Notes under the pieces: model-generated
Database searches by the model: none
The model's input: only the letters and a program-made list of their open reading frames with translations
What the model was told of the DNA's origin: nothing
Origin: Coprobacillaceae bacterium
Lineage (GTDB): Bacteria > Bacillota_I > Bacilli_A > Erysipelotrichales > Coprobacillaceae
Direction of reading: 5' to 3'
Assembly (NCBI GenBank): GCA_963675515.1
Contig: OY776328.1
Coordinates: forward strand, 2,070,001-2,102,000
DNA: 32,000 bases
Shown: piece after piece, positions 29,619 to 32,000 of the stretch
How the letters are laid out: the number at the start of each line of letters is the position of its first letter
Position numbering within the stretch: the stretch's first letter is position 1
Made by a program: the position numbers and the translations under genes

Positions 29619-29647
29619 ATTATATGGCAATGATTGCGTTTTCACAA
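29619..29647 (-). promoter_or_regulatory. sigma-A promoter with an overlapping cre (CcpA) candidate
   Basis: Minus strand: TTGTGA (29647-29642), 17-nt spacer, TATAAT (29624-29619). TGAAAACGCAATCA (29644-29631) fits the cre consensus TGWAANCGNTNWCA at all but one specified position and overlaps the -35 box and spacer. Confidence 0.55.
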
Positions 29648-29684
29648 TTCTTCGAATTACTATCAGTTGGAAATGAATCGAACG

Positions 29685-29708
29685 CAAAAAAGAAGGCCTC
29701 GGCCTTCT
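29685..29708 (-). terminator. intrinsic terminator of the regulator gene
   Basis: Minus strand: AGAAGGCcgagGCCTTCT followed by TTTTTT. The regulator's TAG stop (29709-29707) lies in the stem. Confidence 0.8.
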
Positions 29709-31542
29709 AATTGTAATTCGTATTAAGCATCAGTTCGACAAATTCACCATCATTCTTAATCGATGCTATTTTTCTGTAATCGATGTTTCTGGCGATCAAT
29801 TCAATCATGATGTAGACCGCATTTTGGTTGTCACGGTTGCTTCCTTTGCTTGAATAGATGATAACAGCTCCGATATCATCATTGAGATAGGTGAACTTGT
29901 TCTTGAGTTTCACACAACCGATATAGTCCTCATCCTGGTTCAGTCTTACGGCAAGGATGTCCTCTTTGAGGCGATATGCGTGGCGAATCGGCGTCATATT
30001 CAAAATGTTGCTCCTGTCAACAGTTTCAAGTTCGTCAAAATGGATATTCGGTGCCAGTCTTGACAGCGCCATATTCTTGTTTGTTTCATTTTTATGTTCG
30101 ATCACCCTGACGATATAGTCGCTTATATTCTGGTTATCTTTCGAGTCGATGAAAGGTGTGACAAAAACGTAGTCAATCCCATACGATTCAACCTTTGATT
30201 TGAGTTTTTCATTCGTCGCGATCACCAGTTCAAAATCAATCCGGTCATTATTCATCAGATAATCGACTTCGTACTGGCTATGCAAAAACAGCTCGACGCT
30301 ACGGTATTGAGCCATGTTCTCGACTTTCCTCTTGATATTGTTCAATACGATATCGCCAAATTCACTGATGATCGCAATTTTTACCGGATCATCGTTAAGA
30401 TGCAGGGCGCTGTCGATTATCAGGGCTATTGAGGCCATATCATCGATGGGAACGTATTTATTGTTGCTGTGGATCAACCCCCGCAGGTTAAGGGCGACTT
30501 CAAAGGCAAATGGATGCTTTTGGATGATTGCCTGGGTGTAGCTGTTGCGCTCCATGATATTCTTACTGGCCTTGGAAATGATTTTGGTTGTCTCACCTAG
30601 GAGCATGTCCTTTATCCCATCACTGTAGCGCAAAAAATATTCGTTCCAGGAAATCTCGTAAAAATCTTCAAGAACGCTTCGAGCTTCAAGCACATCCACT
30701 TCACTTATGCTTTCAAGGGTGCGGTTGACAAATTCGTACTCAAGCTCTTTCCACTGGGAAAGTGGCAAAGTAAATTCGGGTGCGCTTTGTTCAATCATGT
30801 AATTGATGAATTCATTCTCGATAACCCCCGAACTGTCGACAAGGTGCTCATTTCTTGTTCTAACCAGGGCAATCAGACAGGTGATGATAAACAAGGAGAT
30901 TGAAATATCTTTGGTTTTCAACCCAAACCTGAACATTCCCTCGGTAATCAGACGAAGCATCTTTTCATAAATCGACATAAGGTCTTCATCGATGAATTTG
31001 ACAAGGATCACACATATCATCCGCGGTTCCTCGATGTAATACATCAGGAAATAACTAGCGAGCAGCCTTCTCCTTTTCTCGGGAATTAAAACATAGGTGC
31101 CTTTTTGAGAGTGCTCAATGGCAACGTGCATGTCTTTCAATGTGGCCAAAGCTTTGTCCATATCCAATTTGGCAGTGCTTTTCGCCACATAAAGATCTTT
31201 GGCGATGGTATCCAGACTAACCGGTTTCTCTCCAAACAGGAGCACAAGTGCTATATATGCCTGTCTTTGAGCAGGCATGGTTGGAAAATAATTCTCCAGA
31301 TCATAGAAATGGCGATCCATGTAGGCGAGTATTTTTGCTTTGTGAGCGGGGGTGATCCGGTAACCATTATGGGTATCGCTTTCAATATAACCGCCAGAAT
31401 CCTTTAGCTGTTTGTTGAGATCATGGATATCATAGCGGATTGTCCGAGCGGTAACTCCATACTTTTTAGCCATATCACCCGATTTGACAAAGCCGATTGC
31501 GTTAATCAATTCATTTAGGATATTGTTTCTTCTTTCCTGCAT
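29707..31542 (-). CDS. HTH-domain sugar-operon regulator, LicR/MtlR/Mga-like architecture (inferred)
   Basis: 611 aa. The N-terminal winged-HTH 'ILNELINAIGFVKSGDMAKKYGVTARTIRYDIHDLNKQL' is typical of BglG-family activators. Length and position upstream of a PTS operon fit. I could not verify PRD, EIIB-like or EIIA-like modules by eye. Confidence 0.6.
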   Translation of the reverse strand: MQERRNNILNELINAIGFVKSGDMAKKYGVTARTIRYDIHDLNKQLKDSGGYIESDTHNGYRITPAHKAKILAYMDRHFYDLENYFPTMPAQRQAYIALVLLFGEKPVSLDTIAKDLYVAKSTAKLDMDKALATLKDMHVAIEHSQKGTYVLIPEKRRRLLASYFLMYYIEEPRMICVILVKFIDEDLMSIYEKMLRLITEGMFRFGLKTKDISISLFIITCLIALVRTRNEHLVDSSGVIENEFINYMIEQSAPEFTLPLSQWKELEYEFVNRTLESISEVDVLEARSVLEDFYEISWNEYFLRYSDGIKDMLLGETTKIISKASKNIMERNSYTQAIIQKHPFAFEVALNLRGLIHSNNKYVPIDDMASIALIIDSALHLNDDPVKIAIISEFGDIVLNNIKRKVENMAQYRSVELFLHSQYEVDYLMNNDRIDFELVIATNEKLKSKVESYGIDYVFVTPFIDSKDNQNISDYIVRVIEHKNETNKNMALSRLAPNIHFDELETVDRSNILNMTPIRHAYRLKEDILAVRLNQDEDYIGCVKLKNKFTYLNDDIGAVIIYSSKGSNRDNQNAVYIMIELIARNIDYRKIASIKNDGEFVELMLNTNYN

Positions 31543-31580
31543 GTTATATCTCCAATTTGGTTCTTATGCTATTATATCAT

Positions 31581-31599
31581 CATCGATAACAAATCGATG
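31581..31599. promoter_or_regulatory. palindrome CATCGAT-N5-ATCGATG upstream of the regulator gene (possible operator)
   Basis: A 7-bp perfect inverted repeat lying 5-28 nt upstream (minus-strand sense) of a TATAAT box at 31576-31571. Confidence 0.3.
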
Positions 31600-32000
31600 G
31601 AACCATTTTATGATAACAAACAAATCCCGTAGAGTCACGATAATTGTCAGTATAGTGGACAATCACCGGTTTCGAATGACTTAAAAAAAAGAAATATATT
31701 AGCTGAGTTTTTGTTTAAACATAAACATTTAGATCAATTAACTATACACATGATTCAAATATGGAGTTAATGCGAACTTATTCTATGTATCTCATATTTT
31801 TGACAGTGTTAATATGCCTATTCTTGGACGTTATCATATGTGTAAGACTATCATATTCGTAAATTCCCAAGAACATAGGCTACTTTATATAATCATAGAA
31901 TGCAATATCGCCACAGAAATATGTATAGACACACGCCGCCAATCAATTCATAAAATTAATTAGCTTCGTAGAAATTCGATTTCATCACCAATATCGGTTG

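Overview
Read by eye with the supplied ORF track; no searches were run. This looks like a Firmicute-type chromosomal segment with almost everything on the minus strand. (1) 0.2-7.8 kb holds a small Rieske protein. It also holds a six-gene minus-strand operon: polar-amino-acid ABC importer, cytidylate-kinase-like protein, class-III aminotransferase (GabT-like) and 4-hydroxybutyrate-dehydrogenase-like Fe-ADH. A PucR-family regulator is transcribed divergently from it. (2) 8-14.7 kb holds a 528/539-aa acidic protein with no signal peptide but a C-terminal TM and basic tail. Next come an operon of an atypical pyruvate-kinase-like protein, an Mth938-domain protein and a frame-disrupted ORF, then a DUF1232 protein and an MFS transporter. 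(3) 14.7-18.9 kb is a visibly AT-richer stretch. It contains a strongly structured inverted repeat with a 16-codon micro-ORF, a 58-aa 2x[4Fe-4S] ferredoxin missing from the ORF track, three small membrane or secreted proteins and a stop-interrupted gene relic. (4) 18.9-31.6 kb holds two beta-glucoside/cellobiose PTS loci. The first is licT-bglP-bglH, with two RAT/terminator riboregulators. The second is a Lac/Cel-family EIIC-GH1-EIIB operon led by an unknown 159-aa protein, with a LicR/Mga-like regulator upstream. An IS1634-like insertion sequence flanked by a perfect 317-bp direct repeat separates the two loci. I saw no CRISPR array, tRNA or rRNA, and no recognisable defence, toxin or phage genes. 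I could not identify one clear undescribed system. The best candidates for follow-up are the PK-like/Mth938 operon, the micro-ORF/hairpin leader upstream of the MFS gene, and the AT-rich membrane/secreted-protein module.
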